From positions 65,065 to 129,064 of the forward strand of contig VGRF01000010.1 in NCBI GenBank assembly GCA_016875395.1: a stretch of 64,000 nt of DNA, given 5' to 3'. The notes under the pieces were generated by a model that worked only from the letters and a program-made list of their open reading frames with translations, ran no database searches and was not told the origin of the DNA. A program made the translations under genes and the position numbers. Below, piece by piece: positions 47,408-56,819 of the stretch (position 1 is the first letter of the stretch; each line of letters begins with the position of its first letter). Source of the stretch: Deltaproteobacteria bacterium. Its GTDB lineage: Bacteria; Myxococcota_A; UBA9160; UBA6930.

Positions 47408-48043
47408 ATGGCGGGTGCGGGCGAGTTCTCTCAGCGGCGCGCCGGCAAGGCGGCGACGCAGGAAGCGATCCTCGTGGCGGCGACCCAGCTCTTCATGGAG
47501 CGCGGCTACGAGGGCACCACGGTCGCCGACGTCGCGGAGCGAGCGGGCGTCTCGCGCGCGACGGTGTTCTGGCACTTCAGCGACAAGGGCGGGCTGTTCC
47601 GCGAGGCATTCGTGCGGCTGTTCGCGCCGTTCCGAGACTCGATGGCGAACGATTTCCACGATCTCCCGGCCCCAAAGCGCCTGCACGAGCAGCTCGGCGC
47701 CGCGGAGCTGTTCGCACGCCAGCACGGCGCCGAGCTCGCGGCGTTCCTGCGCTGGGCCTTCGAGTCGCCCGAGCACCGCGAGGGCGTGATCACGGCACTG
47801 CTCGACCTCAATCAGCGCTACCAGGGCGTGCTGATCGAGACGGTCGCCGAGATCGCCGGCCCCGAGCGCGACGCGCGCGCCCTGGGCGGCGCGCTTTGGC
47901 TCGCGGTCGATGCGAACTTCTTCCTCTCGATCTTCGACAAGAGCGACCGCGGCTTCGAACAACGCGCCGCCGCCGCCCGCGCACTCGCGGACCTGATCAT
48001 CGCGGACGCGGAGACGAGCCGAGGGGCGGCAGCAGCGAAGTAG
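47408..48043 (+). CDS. TetR/AcrR-family regulator divergent from the PKS operon
   Basis: Internal ATG (codon 33) of ORF 47312..48043, preceded by GGGAGGGGGG. HTH TTVADVAERAGVSRATVFWHFSDK. Confidence 0.85.
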   Translation: MAGAGEFSQRRAGKAATQEAILVAATQLFMERGYEGTTVADVAERAGVSRATVFWHFSDKGGLFREAFVRLFAPFRDSMANDFHDLPAPKRLHEQLGAAELFARQHGAELAAFLRWAFESPEHREGVITALLDLNQRYQGVLIETVAEIAGPERDARALGGALWLAVDANFFLSIFDKSDRGFEQRAAAARALADLIIADAETSRGAAAAK

Positions 48044-48057
48044 GCCCCGCGGGCCCC

Positions 48058-48117
48058 GGGGACGTTCCGCAAGCAAGTAAAGAAACCCGCAGCTTTACTT
48101 TCTTGCGGAACGTCCCC
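48058..48117. terminator. 25-bp-stem hairpin between convergent tetR and nudix genes
   Basis: GGGGACGTTCCGCAAGCAAGTAAAG - 10 nt - CTTTACTTTCTTGCGGAACGTCCCC, with one mismatch. Confidence 0.6.
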
Positions 48118-48149
48118 GATTCTACGCGTCCCCGATTCCGCGGGCCGCC

Positions 48150-48707
48150 TCACCCCTCGCGATCGAGCCGCCACCAGTGCAGCGCGGCGATCACGAGCGC
48201 GTGGTCGATCTCGCCGGCGCGGAGTCGCGCCGCGATCTCGCGCTCGGGCACCAGCTCCACCCAGGTCTCCTCGAGCGGGCCGTTGCTCACTTCGGCAACG
48301 CGTTCGCAATTCTCGGCGAGATACGTGTGAACGCGGTTGCCGAAGATCGCGGGGTTCGGGTTGGCGACGCCGAGGGGACGCACGCTCGCTGAGGCAAAGC
48401 CCGTCTCTTCGAGCAGCTCGCGCGCCGCGGCGAGCTCTGGCGACTCGCCGGGATCGATCAGGCCGCCGGGGATCTCGAGCGTCACGCGGCTCGCGCCGTG
48501 CCTCCACTGCCGGACCATCACGACCTCGCCGAGCGCGGTGGTCGCGACCACGTTCACCCAGCTGTCCGCGTCGATCGTGTAGAACGGGTGCGCAGCGGCG
48601 GTGTGAGGCGAGCGCGCGGTGGCGCGGTGGACGCGGAAGATGCGGCAATCGTGGAGCAGCTCGCGCGCGACGACCTCCCACGCGGGGGGCTCGCGGCGTG
48701 CGCTCAC
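48150..48707 (-). CDS. NUDIX hydrolase (ADP-ribose pyrophosphatase-like)
   Basis: Nudix box GGLIDPGESPELAAARELLEETGF. GTG at 48707 overlaps the upstream stop (GTGA). Confidence 0.8.
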   Translation of the reverse strand: MSARREPPAWEVVARELLHDCRIFRVHRATARSPHTAAAHPFYTIDADSWVNVVATTALGEVVMVRQWRHGASRVTLEIPGGLIDPGESPELAAARELLEETGFASASVRPLGVANPNPAIFGNRVHTYLAENCERVAEVSNGPLEETWVELVPEREIAARLRAGEIDHALVIAALHWWRLDREG

Positions 48708-49267
48708 GAGGCGGGCTCGAGCGCGATCTCGACGCCTGAGTCGCCGGGAGATGCCGGCTGCGCCGCGCGGCCTTCGAGCCCACCCGCGTCGCGCGTCATC
48801 GCGTTGCCGTCGAGGTCGATGCGCGCCGTCACGTTGAACGGCCCCTGCCACGGCATCTCGGCGATCATGCGGTTCTCGGGGCCCAGCGAGAACTCGAAGG
48901 GAAAGCGCGGCGCGGGAACGCGCAGCACCGCGGTCGGCGGCCCGGCCTCGCCGGCACGCGCGATCACGAACAGCGTCGCGCCCGCGGGCGCCTCCACGCC
49001 GCTCGCGAGCCGCACGACACCGCGGATCGGCGGCCCCGCGTTCTCGGGCGCCGTCATGCCCGCGACCGCCGGCGACCCCGCTGCAAGCTGCTCGGGCGAG
49101 GGCGGCATGTCGCTCGGCGCCATCGCGCGCGTCGCGCCCTCGGGAAAGATCTTGGAGAGGTCGGGCTGCTGGACCTGTTCGTTCGGGTCGTAGGGCTCGA
49201 CCTTGCGGTGACAGGAGGCGGCGAGCGCGGCGACGAGAAGGGCGAGCGCGAGGCGGCGGATGAGCAT
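48704..49267 (-). CDS. Putative lipoprotein, unknown function
   Basis: Last 187 codons of ORF 48704..51247. MLIRRLALALLVAALAASC is a signal peptide plus lipobox. The rest of that ORF is antisense shadow of thiC. Confidence 0.5.
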   Translation of the reverse strand: MLIRRLALALLVAALAASCHRKVEPYDPNEQVQQPDLSKIFPEGATRAMAPSDMPPSPEQLAAGSPAVAGMTAPENAGPPIRGVVRLASGVEAPAGATLFVIARAGEAGPPTAVLRVPAPRFPFEFSLGPENRMIAEMPWQGPFNVTARIDLDGNAMTRDAGGLEGRAAQPASPGDSGVEIALEPAS

Positions 49268-49344
49268 GGCGGCGGACCTTAAGGCACGCATCCCGCCCGA
49301 ACGAGCGCAGCGAATGGCGCGGTGCGGGGCTAGGGTCGCGGACG

Positions 49345-49431
49345 CGGAGCCTAGGGGTGGGTCGCGAGAGCGATCCTGAGAAAACACCCTCGGAACCTGA
49401 TCTCGTTGATACGAGCGGAGGGAAGGCTCAG
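49345..49431 (+). promoter_or_regulatory. TPP (THI-box) riboswitch upstream of thiC
   Basis: GGGGTG...CCTGAGA..ACCC..GAACCTGATC....GATAC...CGGAGGGA in canonical order. A P1 pairing GAGCC/GGCTC is possible. Confidence 0.85.
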
Positions 49432-49477
49432 CGGCCGAGGCCGCGCGTCTCCTTCCGCCAACACGAAGGAGTGCGCA

Positions 49478-51217
49478 ATGCCGACTCATCAACTTCCGCC
49501 GCTCGGGCACAACCCCTCGTCGCGCGCGCAGGGCACGACACCCGGCAGCTTCGCGAACGTGCCCGACATCGGCGGCCCGCGCAGCTTCAGCTCGCCCGAC
49601 ACGCCGGGCATGCCTCAGCCTTCGGAGAAGACCGCGTGGCACTTCTTGCCGCGCGGCTGGAAGCGCGACGCGGCGACCGGCTTTGCGACTGCGCCGGCGG
49701 GCTTCGAGCCTTCGACGCAGCTCGAGTTCGCGCGCCTCGGAGTTGTTACGGCGCAGATGCGCCGCGTCGCCGAGCGCGAGCCGCACCTCACGCCCGAGCA
49801 GGTGCGCGACGAGGTCGCCGCTGGGCGCATGGTGATTCCCGCGAACAAGGTGCACCTCGGCTACGCGCTCGACCCGATGGCGATCGGCCGCGCCAGCACG
49901 ACCAAGGTGAACGCGAACATGGGCGCGTCGCCGATTTCGAGCTCGACCGACGAAGAGGTGGAGAAGCTGCGCTGGGCCGAGAAGTGGGCGGCCGACACCG
50001 TGATGGATCTCTCGACCGGCGGAAACCTCGACGCCACGCGCGCCGCGATCATCAGGGCCTCGACCGTTCCGATCGGCACCGTGCCGATCTACTCGATGAT
50101 CATCGGGCGCAAGATCGAGGATCTCGACGAGCGCATGATTCTCGACGGCCTCGAGCATCAGGCGAAGCAGGGCGTCGACTACATGACCGTGCACGCGGGC
50201 GTGCTGCAGGGGCACCTGCCGTTCGTGCAGCGGCGGCTGATCGGCATCGTGTCGCGCGGCGGCTCGCTGCTCGCGAAGTGGATGATCACGCACGGCAAGC
50301 AGAACCCGATGTACACGCTGTGGGACGACATTTGCGAGATCCTGCGGCGCTACGACGTGACGTTCTCGATCGGCGACGGCCTGCGCCCCGGCGGCCTCGC
50401 GGACGCGACCGATGCCGCGCAGCTCGGCGAGCTCGAGACGCTCGGCGAGCTCACCGAGCGCGCCTGGCAGCACGGTGTGCAGGTGATGGTCGAGGGTCCG
50501 GGGCACGTGCCGTTCGATCAGATCGAATACAACATGAAGCTGCAGCGCCGGCTCTGTCACGGCGCGCCGTTCTACGTGCTCGGGCCACTCGTGACGGACA
50601 TGTTCCCCGGCTACGACCACATTACGAGCGCGATCGGCGCGACGGCCGCCGCGTATCACGGCGCCGCGATGCTCTGTTACGTGACGCCGAAGGAGCATCT
50701 CGGGCTCCCAAAGAAGGACGACGTGAAGCAGGGCTGCGTCGCCTACAAGATCGCGGCGCACGCGGCCGACGTGGCGCTCGGCATTCCCGGCGCGCGCGAT
50801 CGCGACGACGAGCTGACGAAGGCGCGCGCCGCGCTGAACTGGGAGCGCCACTTCGAGCTGTCGTTCGATCCCGATCTCGCGCGCGCGTACCACGACGAGG
50901 ATCTCGACGTCGACACCGACTTCTGCGCGATGTGCGGGCACGACTGGTGCTCGGTGCGCATCAGCAAGGAGATCAACCAGTTCGTGAGCGGCAAAGACGA
51001 GAAGTACGCGTGGGCGTCGCCGAAGATCTCCGCGGCCCTCACCAGCGAGCAGAAGGCGGTGCTGGAGAAACGCGGCGTGCTGTCGGCCGCGGAGATCCAC
51101 CGCCTCGCGAGCAAGACGCGCGCGAAGGTCGGCGCCGACCACGGCGAGAAGGCGGCGTGCCACAGCGACGTCGCATCGCCCGAAGAGGCGCAGCGCCTGC
51201 AAGGCGATCCAGCCTAA
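49478..51217 (+). CDS. thiC: Phosphomethylpyrimidine synthase
   Basis: Internal ATG of ORF 49406..51217 after [25 protein letters not shown] and C-terminal [10 protein letters not shown] (CxxCxxxxC cluster). Confidence 0.95.
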   Translation: MPTHQLPPLGHNPSSRAQGTTPGSFANVPDIGGPRSFSSPDTPGMPQPSEKTAWHFLPRGWKRDAATGFATAPAGFEPSTQLEFARLGVVTAQMRRVAEREPHLTPEQVRDEVAAGRMVIPANKVHLGYALDPMAIGRASTTKVNANMGASPISSSTDEEVEKLRWAEKWAADTVMDLSTGGNLDATRAAIIRASTVPIGTVPIYSMIIGRKIEDLDERMILDGLEHQAKQGVDYMTVHAGVLQGHLPFVQRRLIGIVSRGGSLLAKWMITHGKQNPMYTLWDDICEILRRYDVTFSIGDGLRPGGLADATDAAQLGELETLGELTERAWQHGVQVMVEGPGHVPFDQIEYNMKLQRRLCHGAPFYVLGPLVTDMFPGYDHITSAIGATAAAYHGAAMLCYVTPKEHLGLPKKDDVKQGCVAYKIAAHAADVALGIPGARDRDDELTKARAALNWERHFELSFDPDLARAYHDEDLDVDTDFCAMCGHDWCSVRISKEINQFVSGKDEKYAWASPKISAALTSEQKAVLEKRGVLSAAEIHRLASKTRAKVGADHGEKAACHSDVASPEEAQRLQGDPA

Positions 51218-51370
51218 CAACTCGCGTGAGCCGAGAAGCAAAGCCACGAGGCGCGTGAACGCCTCGGGGCTCGCGGCTTCCGGACCTCACCCCCCAGCTC
51301 GGTCCGGTTACGTGGTCGTAACTTCGGCCGATCTGCGCTCGTCTTGAGTGAAATTTTCGGAGATTGCGCG

Positions 51371-52384
51371 ATGGCTGCGCAGCGGCTGCTCACGGAAGAT
51401 GAGATTCCTGCGTACATCCGAGGCCTTGGGCTCGCGCAGGCGGGTGAGCCGGTCGCGGTTTCGGGCGCCGGGGACGGCAACATCAACTGGGTGCGGCGCG
51501 TCTCGATTGGCGGCGCGCGCCCGCGCTCGTTCGTGCTGAAGCAGGCGCGCCCTGCACTCGAGCGCTTCCCGCAGTACGCGGCGCCCACCGAGCGCCTGCT
51601 GTGCGAGGCGCGCTGGTTCGAGCTTGCGGCGCCGCACGACCGCGACGCGATCTGCCCGCGCGTGCTCGCGCTCGACGAGACGAACCGTGTGCTCGCGCTC
51701 GAAGATCTGACCGGCGCCGAGCGCCTCGACGCCGCGTTGTCGCGCGGCGCAGAGGTGGCGTCGCGCATGGAGTCGCTCGCACGCTTCCTCGCGCGCGTGC
51801 ACGCGGCGACCGAGCGCGACGCTTCGCTTCCTGCGCGCTTCCAGAACGACGCGATGCGCCGCCTCCACGGCGACCACATCTTCGCGCTGCCGTTTCAGCC
51901 GAACGACTTCGGCCGAACAGCTCGCGTCGAGGACGCGGCGCGTGAAGCGCGCGGCGACGTCGCACTCGTTGCCGCTGCTGCGCGCGCCTACGCGCGTTAC
52001 CTCGCGCCGACGGGCGCGCTCGTTCACGCCGACGTGCAGGCCGGCAACATCCTCTTGCCCGAGGCGGGCGGCGTGAAGCTACTCGACGCCGAGATCGCGC
52101 ACGCGGGCGACGCGGCCTTCGACCTCGGCACGCTGCTCGCGCACGTCGCACTGCCCGCCATCGCGCGCGGCGACGACGCGAGCGAGGTCGTGGCGCGCGC
52201 GCGCGAGGCCTATCGCCGCGAGCGCGGCGCAGACGAAGCGTTGCTCGCGCGCGCGCAGCAGTACGGCGGCTTCGAGCTGATTCGCCGCACGATCGGCGCG
52301 GCGCGCGTCGCCGCGGTCGCGAGTGATGAAGCGAGCCTGCGCGTGCTTGCGGCAGGACGCGCGTGGGTGCGCGATTCCGGTTAG
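51371..52384 (+). CDS. Methylthioribose-kinase-like phosphotransferase
   Basis: ORF 51344..52384 (ATG at codon 10). GAGDGNINWVRRV (MtnK G-loop-like), HADVQAGNIL and DAEIAHAGDAAFDLG. Confidence 0.6.
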   Translation: MAAQRLLTEDEIPAYIRGLGLAQAGEPVAVSGAGDGNINWVRRVSIGGARPRSFVLKQARPALERFPQYAAPTERLLCEARWFELAAPHDRDAICPRVLALDETNRVLALEDLTGAERLDAALSRGAEVASRMESLARFLARVHAATERDASLPARFQNDAMRRLHGDHIFALPFQPNDFGRTARVEDAAREARGDVALVAAAARAYARYLAPTGALVHADVQAGNILLPEAGGVKLLDAEIAHAGDAAFDLGTLLAHVALPAIARGDDASEVVARAREAYRRERGADEALLARAQQYGGFELIRRTIGAARVAAVASDEASLRVLAAGRAWVRDSG

Positions 52385-52387
52385 CGC

Positions 52388-53242
52388 CTACTCGCGCTCG
52401 ATCCCCGGCTCATCGACGTCTGCCCAGTGAATCCGCTCGTAGTCGAAGGCGCCGCTCTCGATCACGTTGAACTTCACGACCTCGAAGTACGGCGAGAGGT
52501 CGAAGTCGCGGGGCGTGAGGAGCGTCGGGTGGCGCATGCGGAACAGGCCCGTGAAGTGCTCGCTCTCGTGGCCGAGCACGTGACCGAGTAGGCCCGCGCG
52601 CCGGCCGTCGGGCGCAGCGTCGGGAAACTCGACCTGCGGCAACACGGGGAAGCCGACGCTGCCGAACAGGCGACCGAGCAGGCTCGAGCAGATCACCTCG
52701 GTGGGCTGCCCGCTGCCGAAGTGAAGTGCGTCGCGGCGGAAGCGGTGCGGGACGATCTGCGCAGGGAGCAGGTATCGCATCAGATCGAGCACGTTGCGCA
52801 GGTCGTAGCGCCAGCCGAGCGTGCCGATCGCATCTTCGAGGATGCGCTTCAGGTGCTCGGGCCGCAGGCGGTGCGGGCGGACGATGCGGACGTTGTAGTC
52901 GATGTACTTGGCGAGGGGCGCCACGACGACGCCGCGCGGCAGTGCCTCGACCAGGAGGTGCTCCGCGTCCGGGCCGAACTCGCGGCGCGTGCGCTCGGCG
53001 AGCTCGCCGCCGTGACGCAGCAGCTCGTCGCCCACATACAGCGCGGCGTGCGACCAGCTGCTCTGCGTCAGGTACTTGATCACGACCGAGATGCGGTTGT
53101 CGCCCTCGACCAGCACCACGTCGCCTTTGCAGATGTTGCGGCGCAGCGCGTGCGGGTCGTTCCAAACGCGCTGCTCGTACGCCGGCGCTGGCTCGGTGAG
53201 CCAGTCGAGCAGGCGCCCTGTGAGCCACGCACGCAGTGTCAT
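52388..53242 (-). CDS. YiiX/permuted-papain-like (C92-type) hypothetical protein
   Basis: GDVVLVEGDNRISVVIKYLTQSSWSHAALYVG...VICSSLL. The family assignment is tentative. Confidence 0.45.
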   Translation of the reverse strand: MTLRAWLTGRLLDWLTEPAPAYEQRVWNDPHALRRNICKGDVVLVEGDNRISVVIKYLTQSSWSHAALYVGDELLRHGGELAERTRREFGPDAEHLLVEALPRGVVVAPLAKYIDYNVRIVRPHRLRPEHLKRILEDAIGTLGWRYDLRNVLDLMRYLLPAQIVPHRFRRDALHFGSGQPTEVICSSLLGRLFGSVGFPVLPQVEFPDAAPDGRRAGLLGHVLGHESEHFTGLFRMRHPTLLTPRDFDLSPYFEVVKFNVIESGAFDYERIHWADVDEPGIERE

Positions 53243-53474
53243 GAGGACCTCGGCGCGCGCTTCGGCAGGAAGTCACTCGAGAGTGAGCCGTCGCTTGCGG
53301 CTGAGGCTCGCAAACACGCGAAAAGACGCGGTTTTTCCGTAGCCTTCCCTGGGGGCCTCGGTTATGATGCTCCACTCAACTGAGATTGTCCTTTAGTTTC
53401 GAGGATTTACGGGCGCTCGCGCACGCGGACTCTGGAAACGAACGAAGGCCGAGAGAAGAGCGCCGGAGCTAGCA

Positions 53475-53675
53475 ATGGATGTCAGGATCAAGGCGAATCT
53501 CGCGTTCACCATCAGCGGGCCCGCCCTCGAGGACGCGATGGCGGAGTACGACGAGCTCACGGTCGAAGGACTCGTGAAGGAGATCCTGGACAAAGCGATC
53601 GCCTGCGACTCGATCTCGGTCGAGGTGATCGAGGGCCCGAACACGCTCGAGGACTACGACGCACAGGGCAGCTAG
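53475..53675 (+). CDS. Small acidic hypothetical protein (66 aa)
   Basis: The ORF has normal (non-shadow) composition and sits behind an unusually AT-rich 130-nt pocket. No motif recognised. Confidence 0.35.
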   Translation: MDVRIKANLAFTISGPALEDAMAEYDELTVEGLVKEILDKAIACDSISVEVIEGPNTLEDYDAQGS

Positions 53676-53696
53676 CGAGACTTCGCTCGGCTCTCG

Positions 53697-54164
53697 TCAG
53701 CGGCTGTCAGCCTCGAACAGCGCGAGTTGAAGCGGGCGCCGCGCGGAAGCGTCCGCGCCAGCGAGCCGCGTGGTCGTGCGAGGCGCGCCGCGCATGACGC
53801 GATGCGGCAGCGCCGGAGCCAGCGGTCGCGCGCGTTGCTCGGCGCCAGGCCGGTAGATCCGCACCGCCCGCGCGTGCTCGAGGATCTCGCGGTAGAGCCT
53901 CTTGAAGCGCGCGCCGTGATTGAAGTGGCGTAGGTGCGCGAGCTCGTGGCAGAGCGTGTTCACGAGGCTCGAGTATGCGAGCGGCCCTCCGCTCGTGGCG
54001 TGCGTCAGCCGAATGCGGATCGTGCCGTCGGCAAAACACACGCCGTAGCGGCGCTTCACGCGCGGGAGCTCCGCCTCGATGGCGCGGTACTGGAGCCCGA
54101 AGCGCGCCGCGAGCGCGGCGCCATCGCGATTCAGCTGGGCGAGAATCTCCGACGGCGGCTTCAC
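53697..54164 (-). CDS. DUF45/YgjP-like zinc metallopeptidase-fold protein
   Basis: CHELAHLRHFNHGARFKRL (HExxH followed by a conserved H..F). Confidence 0.65.
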   Translation of the reverse strand: MKPPSEILAQLNRDGAALAARFGLQYRAIEAELPRVKRRYGVCFADGTIRIRLTHATSGGPLAYSSLVNTLCHELAHLRHFNHGARFKRLYREILEHARAVRIYRPGAEQRARPLAPALPHRVMRGAPRTTTRLAGADASARRPLQLALFEADSR

Positions 54165-54214
54165 GGCGCCGCAGCATCTCGGCAGCGCGAGCTCCGGTCA
54201 AGTAAGTTGCGCCG

Positions 54215-54862
54215 GTGACCTTTTCGCTGCCGATCTTCCCGCTCGCGGGCCCAGCGCTTTTCCCCCACTGCGCGGCGCCGCTGCACATCTTCGAGCCGCG
54301 CTATCGCGCCATGGTGGCCGACGCGATCGCGGGCGAGCGGCGCATCGGCATGGTCACGGTGCGCAGCGACGCGCTGGGCGAGATGTCCGGGGATCCGCCG
54401 GTGTTCGCGATCGGCTGCGCGGGCTTCATCGCGCAGCATCAGCGCCTCGCGGACGGCCGGTACCTAATCACTCTGCAGGCGACCTCGCGCTTCCGCATCG
54501 TGAGCGAGCTGCCGCGGCCCGCGGACCGGCTCTATCGCATCGGCAAGGTCGAGCTGTTAGGGGAAGAGCTCGGCGACGAAGCGCGCGCGCGAGCGCAGCG
54601 CGACGAAGTCGTACGCGAGCTGCGCGAGCTGCTCGGCGATGCCGGCGCTGGAGGCGAGCTCGATCTCGCGCGCATCGAGCAGCTCGAGCTCGGGCGCTTT
54701 GCCGGCGAGATCTGCCAAGCGCTGCAGCTGCCTGGCCCCGAGAAGCAGGCGCTGCTCGAGGCCGCGACGACCGAGCAGCGGATTGAACGGCTTGCGCAGA
54801 CGCTCGCCTTCTATCGGACACTGAGCCGCGCGCCTGGGGGCGACGGCGCCACGCTGCACTGA
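54215..54862 (+). CDS. LON substrate-binding (Lon N-terminal) domain protein
   Basis: LPIFPLAGPALFPHCAAPLHIFEPRYRAMV. GTG start. Confidence 0.7.
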   Translation: MTFSLPIFPLAGPALFPHCAAPLHIFEPRYRAMVADAIAGERRIGMVTVRSDALGEMSGDPPVFAIGCAGFIAQHQRLADGRYLITLQATSRFRIVSELPRPADRLYRIGKVELLGEELGDEARARAQRDEVVRELRELLGDAGAGGELDLARIEQLELGRFAGEICQALQLPGPEKQALLEAATTEQRIERLAQTLAFYRTLSRAPGGDGATLH

Positions 54863-55245
54863 CTTACCGCTTCGATCGGCCCCTCAGAAATCCTCAAATT
54901 CACACGAAAATTCTTGAATCGGAGCCGATTCACCGATTTCAAAGCGCGCGCTAATTCGGCGGGTGACACCAAACTGCGGCGGCGGCGGTGCCCTCACGAA
55001 AGCGGCCGAACCCCGTGTCCGACGGTCGTTTTTTGGGAAGCAAACAGCGGTTCCCTAAGTGCTGAAACGGTTTTTCGGTTGAACCGCTTTGGTGTAGGCC
55101 CCTCCGCAGGTTCGGGGGTCGAGCGCTTTGCCGGGCTCGCGGAGAAGTGGTCTACTTCGACGCCTTTTGACGGTTTCCGGCGGGCCCAACCGGCGGAATC
55201 CGTCGATTTCACCCCCAAACCCCTTCTCGCACCCCCGGACCCCGG
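54863..55245. other. dnaA upstream region, locally AT-richer; dnaA promoter and possible oriC-associated sequence
   Basis: The call rests on position only. I could not find consensus TTATCCACA boxes. CGATTTCA-type and CGGTTT-type short repeats are present. Confidence 0.2.
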
Positions 55246-56628
55246 ATGCCCTCGCCTCTCACGGCATGGGATGGCGCGCTTGCGCGCCTCTCGGCCGAAA
55301 CGCCTCCGCTCGCCCTGAAAGCGTGGATCCTGCCCCTCGGGATTCATGCTGACGGGGACACCCTGGTGCTCACGGCGCCGACGAGCTTTCACGCCGAGCG
55401 GGTGCGGTCGCGGTTCTCGAGCGCGATCGAGATGCACCTCGCCCAAGAAGGCGTCGCAATTCCGCTGCGAATCGAGGTGGGGAGCGAGGCTGCGCCCGTG
55501 CGGGAGCCCGCTGCCGGCGCGGTCGGTCTACGTCCGAACGCTCTTTCCGAAGCGGCGCCTTCGCGCGCGCTGATGGTCCGCGTCGAGGCGCCGCTGGCTC
55601 CGGCCGCGCAGCTCGCGCTGCCGCACACGTTCGACACGTTCGTGGTCGGGCCCGGCAACGCACTCGCCCGCGAGGCGTCCTTCGCGCTCGCGCGCGGCCG
55701 CACACTCGGCGCCGGCACGCTCTTCCTCGCGGGCCCGCCTGGCATCGGGAAGTCGCACCTCGCGCGCGCGGTCGTGCACGAGGCGCGCGCGAACGGCTCC
55801 GAGCGCGCGCTCTACGCCTCCGCCGAGTCGTTCACGAGCGAGCTGATGTCGGCGATTCGCGCGAACGAGACGCCGGCGTTTCGTCGCCGCTATCGACGCG
55901 AGTGCGACCTGCTCGTGATCGAAGACGTGCAGTTCTTTGCGGGCAAGAACGCGACGCAGCTCGAGCTCTTCCACACCGTCGAGCACCTGCGCCTCGTCGG
56001 CGCGCGCGTCGTGCTCACCGCCGATCGCCTGCCGCGCGACATCGCGCGCTTCGACGCGCGGCTCGCCTCGCAGCTCGCGAGCGGTCTCGTCGCCGAGATG
56101 GATCCGCCCGACCGCGAGCTGCGCCGCGACATTCTGCGCGACCGCGCCGCGCGCGGCGGCTTCCGCATTCCCGACGATTGCCTCGAGCTGCTCGCCGACA
56201 CGGTGCACGGCAGCGTGCGCGACCTCGAGGGCGTGCTCATGCAGCTCGTCGCGAGCTCGGCGCTGCTCGGGCGCAAGATCGATCGCGCGCTCGCGGAGAG
56301 CGCGCTGCGCAAAGTCGCCGGCCCGAGCGGCGCCGCGCACTCGATCGATGAAGTGATCGACTGCGTCGCGCAGTTCTCCGGCCTGCGCCGCGCCGACCTC
56401 GCGAGCCGCTCACGCCGCCGCGCAACGCTGCGGCCGCGCCAGCTCGCGATGTACCTGTGCCGCCAGCTCACCGACGCCAGCCTCAGCGAGATCGGCCGCG
56501 CGCTCGGCCGCGACCACCCCGCCGTCGCCAACGCCCTGCGCGCCATCGAACGCGCCCTCCTCGAACGCGCCCCCCTCCGCTACCAGGTCGAAGAGCTCTC
56601 CGCGCGCCTCCAACGACGCCGCAGCTAG
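55246..56628 (+). CDS. dnaA: Chromosomal replication initiator protein DnaA
   Basis: Walker A GPPGIGKSHL, Walker B LLVIEDVQF, sensor/box VII LTADR, and domain IV RQLAMYLCRQLTDASLSEIGRALGRDHPAV. Confidence 0.95.
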   Translation: MPSPLTAWDGALARLSAETPPLALKAWILPLGIHADGDTLVLTAPTSFHAERVRSRFSSAIEMHLAQEGVAIPLRIEVGSEAAPVREPAAGAVGLRPNALSEAAPSRALMVRVEAPLAPAAQLALPHTFDTFVVGPGNALAREASFALARGRTLGAGTLFLAGPPGIGKSHLARAVVHEARANGSERALYASAESFTSELMSAIRANETPAFRRRYRRECDLLVIEDVQFFAGKNATQLELFHTVEHLRLVGARVVLTADRLPRDIARFDARLASQLASGLVAEMDPPDRELRRDILRDRAARGGFRIPDDCLELLADTVHGSVRDLEGVLMQLVASSALLGRKIDRALAESALRKVAGPSGAAHSIDEVIDCVAQFSGLRRADLASRSRRRATLRPRQLAMYLCRQLTDASLSEIGRALGRDHPAVANALRAIERALLERAPLRYQVEELSARLQRRRS

Positions 56629-56690
56629 CGCGAGCAGGGTCTCTTCTCCGCCTGACTCGCCGACGCGCACTCCCCTCAAAGCGGGAGGAT

Positions 56691-56793
56691 CCTCGAAGTC
56701 GAACGCTCCACCGGAGCAGGTCGGCCGAGGCCGCAAGCAAAGCGCGCAGCAAACCGCGGAGTCCTCGACGCGGTTTGCGAAGTCAACAAGGAA
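56691..56793 (+). repeat. Intergenic repeat family, copy R5 (full length)
   Basis: CCTCGAAGTCGAACGCTCCACCGGAGCAGGTCGGCCGAGGCCGCAAGCAAAGCGCGCAGCAAACCGCGGAG..TTTGCGAAGTCAACAAGGA. About 85% identical to R4 by eye. Confidence 0.8.
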
Positions 56794-56819
56794 AAGGGGA
56801 GGCGCTGTCTCCTGACCGC

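Noticed and set aside
48704-51247. 847-codon minus-strand ORF covering the thiC locus
   Set aside because: Only the last 187 codons (48704..49267) look like a protein, with a signal peptide and lipobox. The rest is Arg/Ala/Val-rich antisense shadow of the clearly real thiC gene and its riboswitch.
54863-55245. AAATTCACA and GATTTCACC as DnaA boxes
   Set aside because: They match only 6 of 9 positions of TTATCCACA. That level of similarity is expected by chance in an AT-richer stretch, so no DnaA-box or oriC call was made.
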